Of a DNA stretch of 64,000 nucleotides, positions 38,053-47,422 are shown in pieces. The first letter of the stretch is position 1, and each line of letters begins with the position of its first letter. Origin of the DNA: a virus; the IMG/VR virus record IMGVR_UViG_3300008110_000034, positions 1 to 64,000 of that record. One strand, 5' to 3'. The notes under the pieces are model-generated. The model made no database searches. It saw only the letters and a program-made list of their open reading frames with translations, and was not told where the DNA came from. The position numbers and the translations under genes were made by a program.

Positions 38053-38554
38053 AGATTTTATGGAAGTTGTTGATTACCGTATCACCGAAGGTAGTCAATA
38101 CATGTGGAAATGCTACGGTTCCGATGCTTATAGATTAGACTCATGGAACGGTGACCACGACGGACATAGTGTTAGTATTGTATTCGATACCAAAACTCAA
38201 GAATTTTATGAAGTTAGTGTATATGATTATAAAAATCAACGTGCCTACAGATTAATTAATCCCAATTATAAATTTGCACACGACGACGAAGCTAGTAGTC
38301 GTGGTGTTGATCTTAATCAAGCATGGGACGATGTTAATTACACTGATTTGGATATTGCTGAAGATTTCTTAGAAAAGGCCGAGGCCATTGTTAATGGACA
38401 ACCTTATGATGAAAGAGTAATGATTGAACTTGACTTACCAGAGAATTTAATGCTAAAATTATACGAGTTAGCACACAAACAAGACATTACACTCAATCAA
38501 TTAGTTGAAAACATTATTAAGTTCGAAATAGAAAATAGAAAAAATGCAGCGTAA
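38039..38554 (+). CDS. Hypothetical protein with C-terminal ribbon-helix-helix-like segment
   Basis: IELDLPENLMLKLYELAHKQDITLNQLVENII. Confidence 0.55.
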   Translation: MITIKDFMEVVDYRITEGSQYMWKCYGSDAYRLDSWNGDHDGHSVSIVFDTKTQEFYEVSVYDYKNQRAYRLINPNYKFAHDDEASSRGVDLNQAWDDVNYTDLDIAEDFLEKAEAIVNGQPYDERVMIELDLPENLMLKLYELAHKQDITLNQLVENIIKFEIENRKNAA

Positions 38555-39086
38555 TTATAAAGACGGTATTAAAAACGATGTAAATTTTTTCATCGGAAAT
38601 GAAGTTGAACACACTCCTGCATTCGGAATGCGTACAATGTTTGTTACTGGAGTACACAACATAGACGATATAGAAAATATCGTTAATGAAGAAAATTCAA
38701 AACTAGATAGATCATATCACATCAAGCATATTTTCTTTGGGGCTAATCATAGTTTCAATCCTCAAACATACGAGGAACATAAATTATGGGAAGAAATGAT
38801 ATTTTATTTCCTCAGAAAAGATTATCTGTGTTCTCTTGATATTCCTATAAATCAAGTAGAGGAATTCCATGAATCAGGTTACTGTGAATATGATAATTTT
38901 ATTCCTCAAATTCGTGTGCCGATTCCATATATAAAACTATGGAACTATAACACAATGGTTAAAATTGATGATAAAGATTTTAAAGCAACTAATCCTGGCG
39001 TATGGTCACACAGTCTACATACGCTAATGAATCGTAACAAATTTACAGACTGGTCGCAATACAATAATGACGAGATCGTTAAATGA
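38544..39086 (+). CDS. Hypothetical protein in the deazaguanine locus
   Basis: HIFFGANHSF, NPGVWSH; coupled to the T-fold gene. Confidence 0.6.
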   Translation: MQRNYKDGIKNDVNFFIGNEVEHTPAFGMRTMFVTGVHNIDDIENIVNEENSKLDRSYHIKHIFFGANHSFNPQTYEEHKLWEEMIFYFLRKDYLCSLDIPINQVEEFHESGYCEYDNFIPQIRVPIPYIKLWNYNTMVKIDDKDFKATNPGVWSHSLHTLMNRNKFTDWSQYNNDEIVK

Positions 39087-39478
39087 TTATTAAACAAGAT
39101 GTACGTCCAAATAAAATGATTTGGGTTACCTTTCGTAAGGAAGGGATCCATTGTTACCCGGCAGCAGCCACAGACACTAACCTAGCAACAGGAGATGAAT
39201 ATGATGTATCGTTCCTTGCTCATCCTCACCGTCATATTTTTCACTTTCGTGTGTGGATCAGCGTTACTCATAACGACAGAGATATCGAGTTTATCCAATT
39301 TAAAAGATGGCTTGAAAAATTGTATAATAGCGAACAAGCTGTATTGTCGCTAGATCATAAAAGTTGCGAAATGATGTCAGATGAATTGTATGACATGATT
39401 TCCAATAAGTATCCAGGCAGAGAAGTTTGGATTGAAGTCTCCGAAGATGGAGAAAATGGTAGTTTTATCAAATATTAA
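39083..39478 (+). CDS. QueD-like T-fold protein (DpdL-like)
   Basis: LAHPHRHIF fits LxxxHRHxF rather than the canonical QueD CxxxHGH. Confidence 0.7.
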   Translation: MIIKQDVRPNKMIWVTFRKEGIHCYPAAATDTNLATGDEYDVSFLAHPHRHIFHFRVWISVTHNDRDIEFIQFKRWLEKLYNSEQAVLSLDHKSCEMMSDELYDMISNKYPGREVWIEVSEDGENGSFIKY

Positions 39479-39500
39479 TAATTAACAACTAAGGAAAAAT

Positions 39501-39740
39501 ATGTCTCAAGAACGTCTTAAAAAATATTTTGTTATGAAACCTGAAGTAACAAAAATTTTCGATGATCTAGAAGCTTATCATAATTTTTGCAGATTCGAAT
39601 TGCTGCCTTTTAATCCGGCAGATCTATATAACAAATCAAGCACTATCTGGAATCAATATCTGCAATCAACTAGACCTCGTAGATGGAAAAACGACAGACC
39701 TGGATCATATAACGGTCATAAAAAACACTATACAAGATAA
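39501..39740 (+). CDS. Small hypothetical protein
   Basis: AAGGA SD. Confidence 0.55.
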   Translation: MSQERLKKYFVMKPEVTKIFDDLEAYHNFCRFELLPFNPADLYNKSSTIWNQYLQSTRPRRWKNDRPGSYNGHKKHYTR

Positions 39741-40837
39741 TGACAGTCTATATAGTAGATCTTGAGGCAGTAGAAACAAGGTATACTGCCCAATGGAAAT
39801 CTCATTTACCTAGTATTTTAAAAAAGAAAGGTTATGATGTTCAAGTTATATCTGGCCCTGAGGATATTCCTAGTGCCACTACTCCTGGCGCCTTCCTTAA
39901 TTTTGGCGGCACTAATGTCTATAAGTCTCGTCAAACTGAAGAGATTAGTAGACTGTTTACTACCGGTAAGATAAAATCATTTGATCACTTTGTGTTTACT
40001 GATGCCTGGCATCCCGGTATCATTAATTTAAAGTATATGAGCAGTCTGCTTAGTGTTCCAATTAAGATACACGCACTATGGCATGCCGGCAGTTATGACC
40101 CTCAGGACTTCTTAGGTCGTCTAATTGGTAACGAACCTTGGGTAAGACATGCCGAGAAGTCATTTTTTTATGCTATTGATTATAATTACTTTGCTACAAA
40201 CTTTCATATTGATATGTTTGTACGCAATTTATTGAACAACGGGCTGACGGAAAATCCATGGCTAGAAGATGATTTGCAGGATGCGTTAAAGGGTGATTGG
40301 CCTAATGTTGTACGCACAGGATGGCCTATGGAATATTTTCATGACATTTTCACACAATATCAAGGAATGCCTAAGCGTGATTTAATTCTCTTTCCTCACA
40401 GACTGGCTCCCGAGAAGCAGGTCAATATTTTTAGAGATTTAAAAGAACTGTTACCACAATATGAATTTGTAATTTGTCAAGAACAAGAATTAACAAAAAA
40501 CGAATATCATAACTTATTAGGCGAAGCTAAGATTGTGTTTAGTGCTAACCTACAAGAAACCCTAGGCATCAGCTGTTATGAAGGATGCGTACTCAATGCT
40601 ATTCCTATGGTTCCAGACAGACTTTCATATACAGAAATGTATTTTGACACATTCAAATATCCTAGCAACTGGACAGATACTTGGGACAATTATTTGGACC
40701 ATAGGCAAATGTTGGTAAAAACAATAATAGATCATATGACTTTTTACGAAACTAGACTGCCAATGTTGCATAAACAAACGGAGGCATTACGTGAGCAATA
40801 CTTCGCAGGAACCAATTTATACAATAACCTTAGATGA
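39740..40837 (+). CDS. GT-B glycosyltransferase (GT4-like)
   Basis: FPHRLAPEKQ and LQETLGISCYEG (ExxGxxxxE) motifs. Confidence 0.75.
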   Translation: MTVYIVDLEAVETRYTAQWKSHLPSILKKKGYDVQVISGPEDIPSATTPGAFLNFGGTNVYKSRQTEEISRLFTTGKIKSFDHFVFTDAWHPGIINLKYMSSLLSVPIKIHALWHAGSYDPQDFLGRLIGNEPWVRHAEKSFFYAIDYNYFATNFHIDMFVRNLLNNGLTENPWLEDDLQDALKGDWPNVVRTGWPMEYFHDIFTQYQGMPKRDLILFPHRLAPEKQVNIFRDLKELLPQYEFVICQEQELTKNEYHNLLGEAKIVFSANLQETLGISCYEGCVLNAIPMVPDRLSYTEMYFDTFKYPSNWTDTWDNYLDHRQMLVKTIIDHMTFYETRLPMLHKQTEALREQYFAGTNLYNNLR

Positions 40838-41186
40838 ACTTGAGCCGTTAAAGCCCGAGGACATTACTGTTACTTGGGATATGAATAGTCTTCCAAGTTT
40901 GACTACATCAGACATTATAACATTAACAGGTACACCTTATAATTCAGGATCTTATACAATAGGCAATATAGAAACAGTAGATTTATCTGGTATTGATTCT
41001 TTTACTACTTTTAGTAATTTTTATAAAGACGAGTTTGATGGTAGATTTCCAGATTACGAACGTGTTCAAGAAATGTGTAAAGAATATCCTGGACTGGAAA
41101 TCGCATATCGAAAATTTAAAGAAGTTTATAAAATGGTTAAAGAAGATTTTGACGGAAAAGAAAGAGAACGTAAAGGATACAAGTAG
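40791..41186 (+). CDS. Hypothetical protein
   Basis: GGAG SD; ORF within the operon. Confidence 0.5.
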   Translation: MSNTSQEPIYTITLDELEPLKPEDITVTWDMNSLPSLTTSDIITLTGTPYNSGSYTIGNIETVDLSGIDSFTTFSNFYKDEFDGRFPDYERVQEMCKEYPGLEIAYRKFKEVYKMVKEDFDGKERERKGYK

Positions 41187-41187
41187 T

Positions 41188-41556
41188 ATGACGACGTTTA
41201 CTATACCTACCACAACTACTGGCCAAATTTATGTGTCTGCTGGTAACGGTGGAAGCGGTGGAACAGGTTCGTTTACTACAAGTACAAGTACAACTACTCA
41301 ATTCAATAACAGTAAGGGCAAACCTGTTATGGAAATTCCAAATAGCGACGACCCTAGTATCAAAATTAACGGCAGAATAGAATGGAATGGTGAAGACCTC
41401 CATAATAGATTAAAACGAATAGAAACTATGTTGAACATTCCTACAAGAGATGTTATAATGGAAGAGAAGTATTCAAAACTTAAGAAGATTAATGATGAAT
41501 ACAACAAAGCGTTAGCAGAATATAAAACTTGGGAAACTTTAAAGGGGTCAAAATGA
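41188..41556 (+). CDS. Hypothetical protein (Thr/Gly-rich N-terminus)
   Basis: ATG 41188 follows the previous stop; AAGGA SD. Confidence 0.5.
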   Translation: MTTFTIPTTTTGQIYVSAGNGGSGGTGSFTTSTSTTTQFNNSKGKPVMEIPNSDDPSIKINGRIEWNGEDLHNRLKRIETMLNIPTRDVIMEEKYSKLKKINDEYNKALAEYKTWETLKGSK

Positions 41557-41765
41557 TTGAACAATTAATAACAGATCAAGCTGCATGGAAGCTTCGGTTA
41601 AAAATTAACGACTGTGTAAAGCCAGACGGCTTTAACCATCTTATGTTTACTGGAGAACAGTATAACGACGAAGGTGAATTAACTAATACTAGCACTTACG
41701 ATTTTTTCCTTAGCAAAGAGGAAATTGGAAAGCTTTGGACAACCTTAGCAAACGGTGTACGATGA
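41553..41765 (+). CDS. Small hypothetical protein
   Basis: ATGA overlap; AAGGGG SD. Confidence 0.5.
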   Translation: MIEQLITDQAAWKLRLKINDCVKPDGFNHLMFTGEQYNDEGELTNTSTYDFFLSKEEIGKLWTTLANGVR

Positions 41766-42307
41766 AAAAAATTTACTTAACTTGGAGAAACGTTCAAGGA
41801 CACGTTCTCGAACTAGCTAAACAAATTAACAATGATAATTGGCGTCCGGATTATGTTGTAGGTATCACAAGAGGAGGTGCTGTTCCAGCAGTAATGCTTA
41901 GTCAATATCTTGATGTTCCTATGCGACCATTACAGGTCAGTTTACGCGACGGTGGAGATTGTGTCAGCGACTTAGGTATGGCCGAAGATGCATTTGGTTA
42001 TGTTCCTGAAGAAGTACGAGGGGAGTCGGGTACTCAAACCGATCCTGCTTATCGAAAAAAAATTCTTATTGTTGACGACATCAACGACACCGGTGCTACT
42101 ATAGCGTGGATTAAGAAAGATTGGCCTAGCGGATGTTTACCAAATCATTTTGCTTGGGATACTGTTTGGAACAATAATGTTCGTTTTGCTGTAATTCATA
42201 ATAATCTTGCCAGCAAAGAAGAAGTAGATTACTCAGCTAATGAAATTAACAAGGCTGAAGAGGATTGCTGGATAGTATATCCTTGGGAGAACTTTTGGCG
42301 TGGATAA
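41762..42307 (+). CDS. Type I phosphoribosyltransferase (Gpt-like)
   Basis: VVGITRGG, ILIVDDINDTGAT (PRPP loop), WIVYPWE. Confidence 0.85.
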   Translation: MKKIYLTWRNVQGHVLELAKQINNDNWRPDYVVGITRGGAVPAVMLSQYLDVPMRPLQVSLRDGGDCVSDLGMAEDAFGYVPEEVRGESGTQTDPAYRKKILIVDDINDTGATIAWIKKDWPSGCLPNHFAWDTVWNNNVRFAVIHNNLASKEEVDYSANEINKAEEDCWIVYPWENFWRG

Positions 42308-42680
42308 TAAAGAACTAGATCGTTTCTGCTGTAATTGGGATATTCAATTGAGGCCTAGTTCACGCACTATTAGAAAGGCTAAACCACCACAGGTTAGCAC
42401 TTATCAGGATGCACATGATTTTTATTTTGCTACAGAAGATTTAGAGTGTTATGATATTCTAATACCTAAAGATAACTTTCATGCCTTAGCCGAAATTGAT
42501 CAAAGAATGAATGACGTAATTGTTAAATCTCGTGGAGATCAAGATTACATCAATCATATAAAGCGTAAAGAAATGATTGAGATTAAAGCAAGAAATAATA
42601 ACCCTGCTGTTAAAAAGGCCTGGGATAATTATTCTACATTAATGAATATGGTTTGGAACGAGTATGCTGACAGATATTGA
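42300..42680 (+). CDS. Hypothetical protein
   Basis: Coupled ORF (GTG start). Confidence 0.5.
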   Translation: MDNKELDRFCCNWDIQLRPSSRTIRKAKPPQVSTYQDAHDFYFATEDLECYDILIPKDNFHALAEIDQRMNDVIVKSRGDQDYINHIKRKEMIEIKARNNNPAVKKAWDNYSTLMNMVWNEYADRY

Positions 42681-43068
42681 AAAGGCCTTAAATGAAAAAA
42701 GAGCACCGTGGACAGAAATTGAATACAGAACTAAAGACTTCTGGGTCTTCAGAGACGCTTATGCAGTTACCCCAGGGCATTTGTTATTTGTGCCTACCCA
42801 AGAAAACTGGACTAATCTCTGGGAGTGCTACAAAGCAGCCTACAAGTTCGGACACGAGGGTGTTGAAGCTGAAAGGTGGGATGCTTTTAACATCGGCCAA
42901 AATGTTGGAGAAGCAGCTGGACAAACAGTGATGTATCCCCACGTACACATGATACCACGACGTATAGGCGATATGGAGGATCCAAGAGGTGGAGTTAGAC
43001 ATGTTATACCCGAAAAAGGAAACTATAAAAAATCCACACACAGTATGGATCAATTGGCAGCACCCTGA
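42664..43068 (+). CDS. HIT-family nucleotide hydrolase
   Basis: VTPGHLLFVP, NIGQNVGEAAGQTVMYPHVHMIPR. Confidence 0.85.
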   Translation: MLTDIEKALNEKRAPWTEIEYRTKDFWVFRDAYAVTPGHLLFVPTQENWTNLWECYKAAYKFGHEGVEAERWDAFNIGQNVGEAAGQTVMYPHVHMIPRRIGDMEDPRGGVRHVIPEKGNYKKSTHSMDQLAAP

Positions 43069-43225
43069 TATGCCGTGGACTGAAATCTGTGCTAAGGTAA
43101 TGGAAGTATTTGGATTACCTGGTCACAGATATACTAGTCATCCTACTACACACTTTATGACATTTACATTTAAATCAGAAAAAGATCGTGTATTATGTGA
43201 AATATTATTAAGCGAGTATTTGTAA
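43001..43225 (+). CDS. Small hypothetical protein
   Basis: GGAG SD; overlaps the end of the HIT gene and is coupled to the next gene. Confidence 0.45.
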   Translation: MLYPKKETIKNPHTVWINWQHPDMPWTEICAKVMEVFGLPGHRYTSHPTTHFMTFTFKSEKDRVLCEILLSEYL

Positions 43226-44022
43226 TGTATGAAAAAATAGGAATTATTGGTCATGGCTATGTTGGAGAAGCAATAGCACAAAGCATAGTGCCTCCATTTC
43301 AAGCAGTTATTATTGATCCAGCCAAGGGATGGAACACAACTTACTATGATCTAAAAAAAGAATGTTCTTGTGTGTTTATATGTGTCCCAAGTCCGCAAGG
43401 TGCAGACGGACAATGTGATACTAGTATTATTGAGAGTGTTTTAAAAGAATTGCAATTTGGATTTACTGGAACTATTATTAGTAAAGTAACTGCGCCGCCA
43501 GACTTTTACGAAGACTGGGGTAAACTGTTACCTAATTTAGTTTACGTTCCAGAATTTCTTAGAGCCTCATCTGGTATAACAGACTTTGCTAGAGCAGAAT
43601 GGACTATAGTTGGCGGCACTGTTGGTGCTTATCAAAGAGAAGCAATAAGAATTATTAAACAACTGCAAACCGAACTTAGGCATATTGAACTATGCGGTAT
43701 CGGTGAAGCAGCATTTGTCAAATATTCCATTAACAGTTTCCTTGCTACAAAAGTTGTCTTTATGAATGAACTATATCAATTATCCGATAAGAAAGGTTAC
43801 AATTGGAGGCAACTGTCTAATTTGATTAATATGGACAAGCGCATAGGCGATAGTCATATGCAAGTGCCCGGGCCTGACAAGTATTATGGGTTCGGTGGAG
43901 CATGTTTTCCTAAAGATACAGAAGCACTATTAAAATATGCAGATGATCATAGTGTAAACCTAAATACTCTTGATGCAGCCGTAAAGAAAAATACTCTTTT
44001 AAGGTTGACTAAACCTAAATAA
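43225..44022 (+). CDS. UDP-glucose/GDP-mannose dehydrogenase family protein
   Basis: GIIGHGYVG, YVPEFL, KYSINSFLA, GFGGACFPKD. Confidence 0.85.
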   Translation: MYEKIGIIGHGYVGEAIAQSIVPPFQAVIIDPAKGWNTTYYDLKKECSCVFICVPSPQGADGQCDTSIIESVLKELQFGFTGTIISKVTAPPDFYEDWGKLLPNLVYVPEFLRASSGITDFARAEWTIVGGTVGAYQREAIRIIKQLQTELRHIELCGIGEAAFVKYSINSFLATKVVFMNELYQLSDKKGYNWRQLSNLINMDKRIGDSHMQVPGPDKYYGFGGACFPKDTEALLKYADDHSVNLNTLDAAVKKNTLLRLTKPK

Positions 44023-44033
44023 CATTGTAAAAT
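44005..44033 (+). promoter_or_regulatory. Sigma70-type promoter with a nested late core
   Basis: TTGACT-17-TAAAAT, with TAAATA at 44016-44021. Confidence 0.55.
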
Positions 44034-44051
44034 AGCAATAAAGGAAAACTT

Positions 44052-44767
44052 ATGGTATATAACAAAATGTATGAAAGCAACGACGAGACTGGCTTAGATG
44101 CTATGGCCGGAGATGGTGGCTACCAAGAATCAACATTATCTGCTGTACTACGTGCTAAAATGAAAAGAGAAGGAAAGCGTTTCTGGGCAGGAGACAATAT
44201 CAGCGACTATCTTCATGACAGCGACAAAGAGCACTTAATTAATGAAGCTACAGAAGCATTTGAAGGTGTACTAGACACACTGCTGATTGATCGCGAAAAC
44301 GATCCTAACAGTAAAGGCACAGCCCGCAGGCTTGCTAAAATGTATTTCAACGAAATAATGGCAGGAAGATATGAGAAGGAATGTTAGTAGTACGTAGCGA
44401 ATTAAGAAGTATGTGTAGTCATCATCATCAACCAGTTAATGGTGTAGCATATATTGGTATCATTGCTGCTAATAAACTTATTGGCTTATCTAAGTACACT
44501 CGAATCGCTCAATGGTGTGCTAGACGCGGTACTCTACAAGAAGAACTGGCCAACGATATTGCAAGAGAAATTAGTCGAGCTACTGACGCTAAAGATGTAG
44601 GTGTGTACATTCAGGCCACACATGGCTGCTGTGAGAATCGAGGTATTATGGCACATAGTAGTCTTACACAGACTACAGTATTAAAAGGTGCGTTCAAAGA
44701 TGATCAAGGCACTAAAAAAGAATTCTTTGATAACATCAAACTACAACAAGATTTTGCTCCAAGATAA
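44052..44767 (+). pseudogene. folE: GTP cyclohydrolase I, split into two overlapping ORFs (44052-44387 and 44381-44767)
   Basis: N-part TARRLAKMY; C-part SMCSHHHQP, GLSKYTR, LQEEL, HGCCENRG. Frame change at the junction and about 15 aa of linker missing. Confidence 0.8.
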
Positions 44768-44788
44768 TAAAATGAAAGAAACTTAAAT

Positions 44789-45067
44789 GTGACTTTAATT
44801 AACAAAGATGATATAATAGAAGTAGATGAAGATCAGTATCTTTGTTTAACAGGAACACTTGAAGAACAATTTAGTTTTCAAATTATAAATGGAGAAAAAT
44901 GGGATCTACTAGGAGATGAGGAATTTCCTGTCGACTGGTGGCCCGAAAGAAGAGAAGCTAACGATTACTATATTGGATGGACTGCCGAAGAATTTTTATT
45001 ATGGGGGCATTCGCCGTTAATAGATGATCTATGCAACTATCGTAATTTATTAAACAAGGAGAAATAA
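44789..45067 (+). CDS. Small acidic hypothetical protein
   Basis: ORF in a run of small genes; start uncertain. Confidence 0.45.
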   Translation: MTLINKDDIIEVDEDQYLCLTGTLEEQFSFQIINGEKWDLLGDEEFPVDWWPERREANDYYIGWTAEEFLLWGHSPLIDDLCNYRNLLNKEK

Positions 45068-45068
45068 A

Positions 45069-45257
45069 ATGAATATAGGCGACAAGCTAGCAAAAGTAGG
45101 AGATAGTTTTACTATCAATATGTATGACAACGGATTTATGGTAGAAGTGTCGGGACGTAATTCCGACGGCGACTGGGCAACTGCTAAAGTACTTTGTCAA
45201 AATTTAGAACAGGTAGTTTCTATAGTTACTGAAGTTTCATCAATGGAAAGAGAGTAA
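45069..45257 (+). CDS. Small hypothetical protein
   Basis: AGGAG SD. Confidence 0.55.
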   Translation: MNIGDKLAKVGDSFTINMYDNGFMVEVSGRNSDGDWATAKVLCQNLEQVVSIVTEVSSMERE

Positions 45258-45475
45258 TGGACAAAAAAGTCGAAGATGTTATTCATAGGATGAAAAATCT
45301 TAGAGAGTACAAAGTAGTACGTAATGTCTCCGAAGGATTTGTTCTTAATGGCAAGATGCCGTATGATGTTAAGCTTGACAAAAACAATGTATTGACAGTA
45401 ACATTAATGGCTGTTGATAGAGAAGAAGCAGAACGTCGCGTTAGCGAATTTATTGCAGGAATGAACGATGATTAA
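45257..45475 (+). CDS. Small hypothetical protein
   Basis: TAATG coupling. Confidence 0.55.
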   Translation: MDKKVEDVIHRMKNLREYKVVRNVSEGFVLNGKMPYDVKLDKNNVLTVTLMAVDREEAERRVSEFIAGMNDD

Positions 45476-45773
45476 AAAATGGTTTAAGAAAAAATTCAGA
45501 GATTGGTCTAAGGAAGCGTGGGACGCCGGTATGGAAAAATCACAATCTTTAGGCATTGGTATTCCTAACAGTGTTTATGAAACTCGTCAATTGAATAGCG
45601 ATGCTGTTTTACAGTTTACTGTATACAATGCTGTTGGCGGTAAAGTAGTAGAATTTAGATATCATGATCGTAACAGTGATCGTAGTCATAATCAGATGTA
45701 TGTTATTGGTAAGGATGAAGACTTTGGAGAGAAAATAGCTAAGATAGCCACATTAGAGGTATTAAAGCAATGA
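45468..45773 (+). CDS. Hypothetical protein
   Basis: Coupled ORF. Confidence 0.55.
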   Translation: MIKKWFKKKFRDWSKEAWDAGMEKSQSLGIGIPNSVYETRQLNSDAVLQFTVYNAVGGKVVEFRYHDRNSDRSHNQMYVIGKDEDFGEKIAKIATLEVLKQ

Positions 45774-46123
45774 CACCGCAGATACCTGCAGAAGGAATTT
45801 ATAAAACGGGCGAATGGGGGGACTCAGTGTCTTACCGTATTGCCTGTAATTGTCACGATGCAAATCATTCTCACGATCTTTGGGTAGAAGCCAGCGACAT
45901 AGGTATAGATATTACAATCTATACCACAGTTAAATCTAAATGGTGGTCTATTAATCGACTAAAACAAATTTGGATATTATTAACTAAGGGCTATATAGAG
46001 ACAGAGTCGTCGATTTCTCTTACAACACAACAAGCTCTTAATTATTCTGAAGTTTTAAAATCTTCTATAGAATATGTAGACAAATTAAGAGAAAGTTATA
46101 TTAGAAAGAAAAAAGATGAGTAA
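45770..46123 (+). CDS. Hypothetical protein
   Basis: ATGA coupling; CNCH motif. Confidence 0.55.
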   Translation: MTPQIPAEGIYKTGEWGDSVSYRIACNCHDANHSHDLWVEASDIGIDITIYTTVKSKWWSINRLKQIWILLTKGYIETESSISLTTQQALNYSEVLKSSIEYVDKLRESYIRKKKDE

Positions 46124-46973
46124 AATAAAAATAGCAGAGCTTTTTTATAGCATACAAGGCGAAGGACGCTTTATGGGTGTTCCTTCTGTTTTCTTACGTA
46201 CATACGGTTGTAATTTTAAATGCGCCGGATTTGGTATGCCACGCGGTGAGATTAGTATTGAAGCAGATGATATTGCATATACACATGCCAATATTGAATC
46301 TTTTCATAAGTACGAAGAACTGCCGTTAGTTACTACAGGCTGTGATAGTTATGCAAGTTGGCATCCAGCATTTAAAGATCTAAGCCCTATGCTAACTGTA
46401 GATGCTATAGTTGATAGAATAATGGAATTACTTCCTTATAATAAATGGCGCAGTGAGCATCTTGTTATTACAGGCGGTGAACCTTTGCTAGGTTGGCAAC
46501 GTGCTTATCCAGATTTGTTAAGTCACGATAAAATGAAAAAATTAAAAGATATAACATTTGAAACAAATGGTACTCAAGAAATATCTAAAGATTTTAGAAA
46601 GTACTTAGAAAAGTGGACACACAAACAAGGGTATCACAATCTTACGTTTAGCGTGAGTCCAAAACTAGGTGTAAGCGGAGAGAAGAAAGAAGACGCTATA
46701 CGTCCAGATATCGTTAGAGAATATGAAGAACTAGGACACACTTATCTAAAATTCGTAGTCGCCACTGAAGAGGATCTTAAAGATGCAGAACAGGCAGTTC
46801 AAGAATATCGCGATAACGGTTTCGAAGGTCACATTTATCTTATGCCTGTCGGGGGTGTTGAACGGGTGTACAATCTTAATAATAGAACAGTGGCACAGAT
46901 GGCAATGCAAAAAGGATGGCGGTACAGTGATCGACTTCAAGTGCCGTTATTTAAAAACGAATGGGGAACCTAA
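46116..46973 (+). CDS. queE: 7-carboxy-7-deazaguanine synthase-like radical SAM enzyme
   Basis: AELFYSIQGEG, FLRTYGCNFKC, TGCDS, VITGGEP, FETNG, SVSPK. Confidence 0.88.
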   Translation: MSKIKIAELFYSIQGEGRFMGVPSVFLRTYGCNFKCAGFGMPRGEISIEADDIAYTHANIESFHKYEELPLVTTGCDSYASWHPAFKDLSPMLTVDAIVDRIMELLPYNKWRSEHLVITGGEPLLGWQRAYPDLLSHDKMKKLKDITFETNGTQEISKDFRKYLEKWTHKQGYHNLTFSVSPKLGVSGEKKEDAIRPDIVREYEELGHTYLKFVVATEEDLKDAEQAVQEYRDNGFEGHIYLMPVGGVERVYNLNNRTVAQMAMQKGWRYSDRLQVPLFKNEWGT

Positions 46974-47422
46974 TGAAAAACTTTATTAAAAAAATAACGG
47001 GCATCGAACGATTAGAAAAAGAAAGAGCTGAATCATTAGCTCGTTTAGCTGAAGCTAAAGCTAGCGAAGAAGCAGCTAAAAAGGCAGAAGAAGAAGCTCG
47101 TCAACAAGAAGAATTGGCTAAAATGACGCCAAAAGAACGAGCTACTGCTAACCAAGAACCTTATATTGCTGTTTTAGATACTAAGGTCAATCCAGAAAAT
47201 CCTAGAAATGGCTTTTTTGAACTTGACTGGAACGAATACTTTATTGTACAATTAAGACAAGCGGGTTATGGTTTAGATGGTGATCCAGACGAGCTTGTTG
47301 TTGATTTATGGTTCCGTGACCTTGCTCGTAATATCTTAGCCGAAGAAGGTCAAGATATTACTCGAGGAGCCGGATATATTAACGTTGTTCCAATTTCAAA
47401 AGGCAAATTAGAAGTTTCATGA
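46973..47422 (+). CDS. Hypothetical protein
   Basis: TAATG coupling; coiled-coil N-terminal half. Confidence 0.6.
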   Translation: MKNFIKKITGIERLEKERAESLARLAEAKASEEAAKKAEEEARQQEELAKMTPKERATANQEPYIAVLDTKVNPENPRNGFFELDWNEYFIVQLRQAGYGLDGDPDELVVDLWFRDLARNILAEEGQDITRGAGYINVVPISKGKLEVS

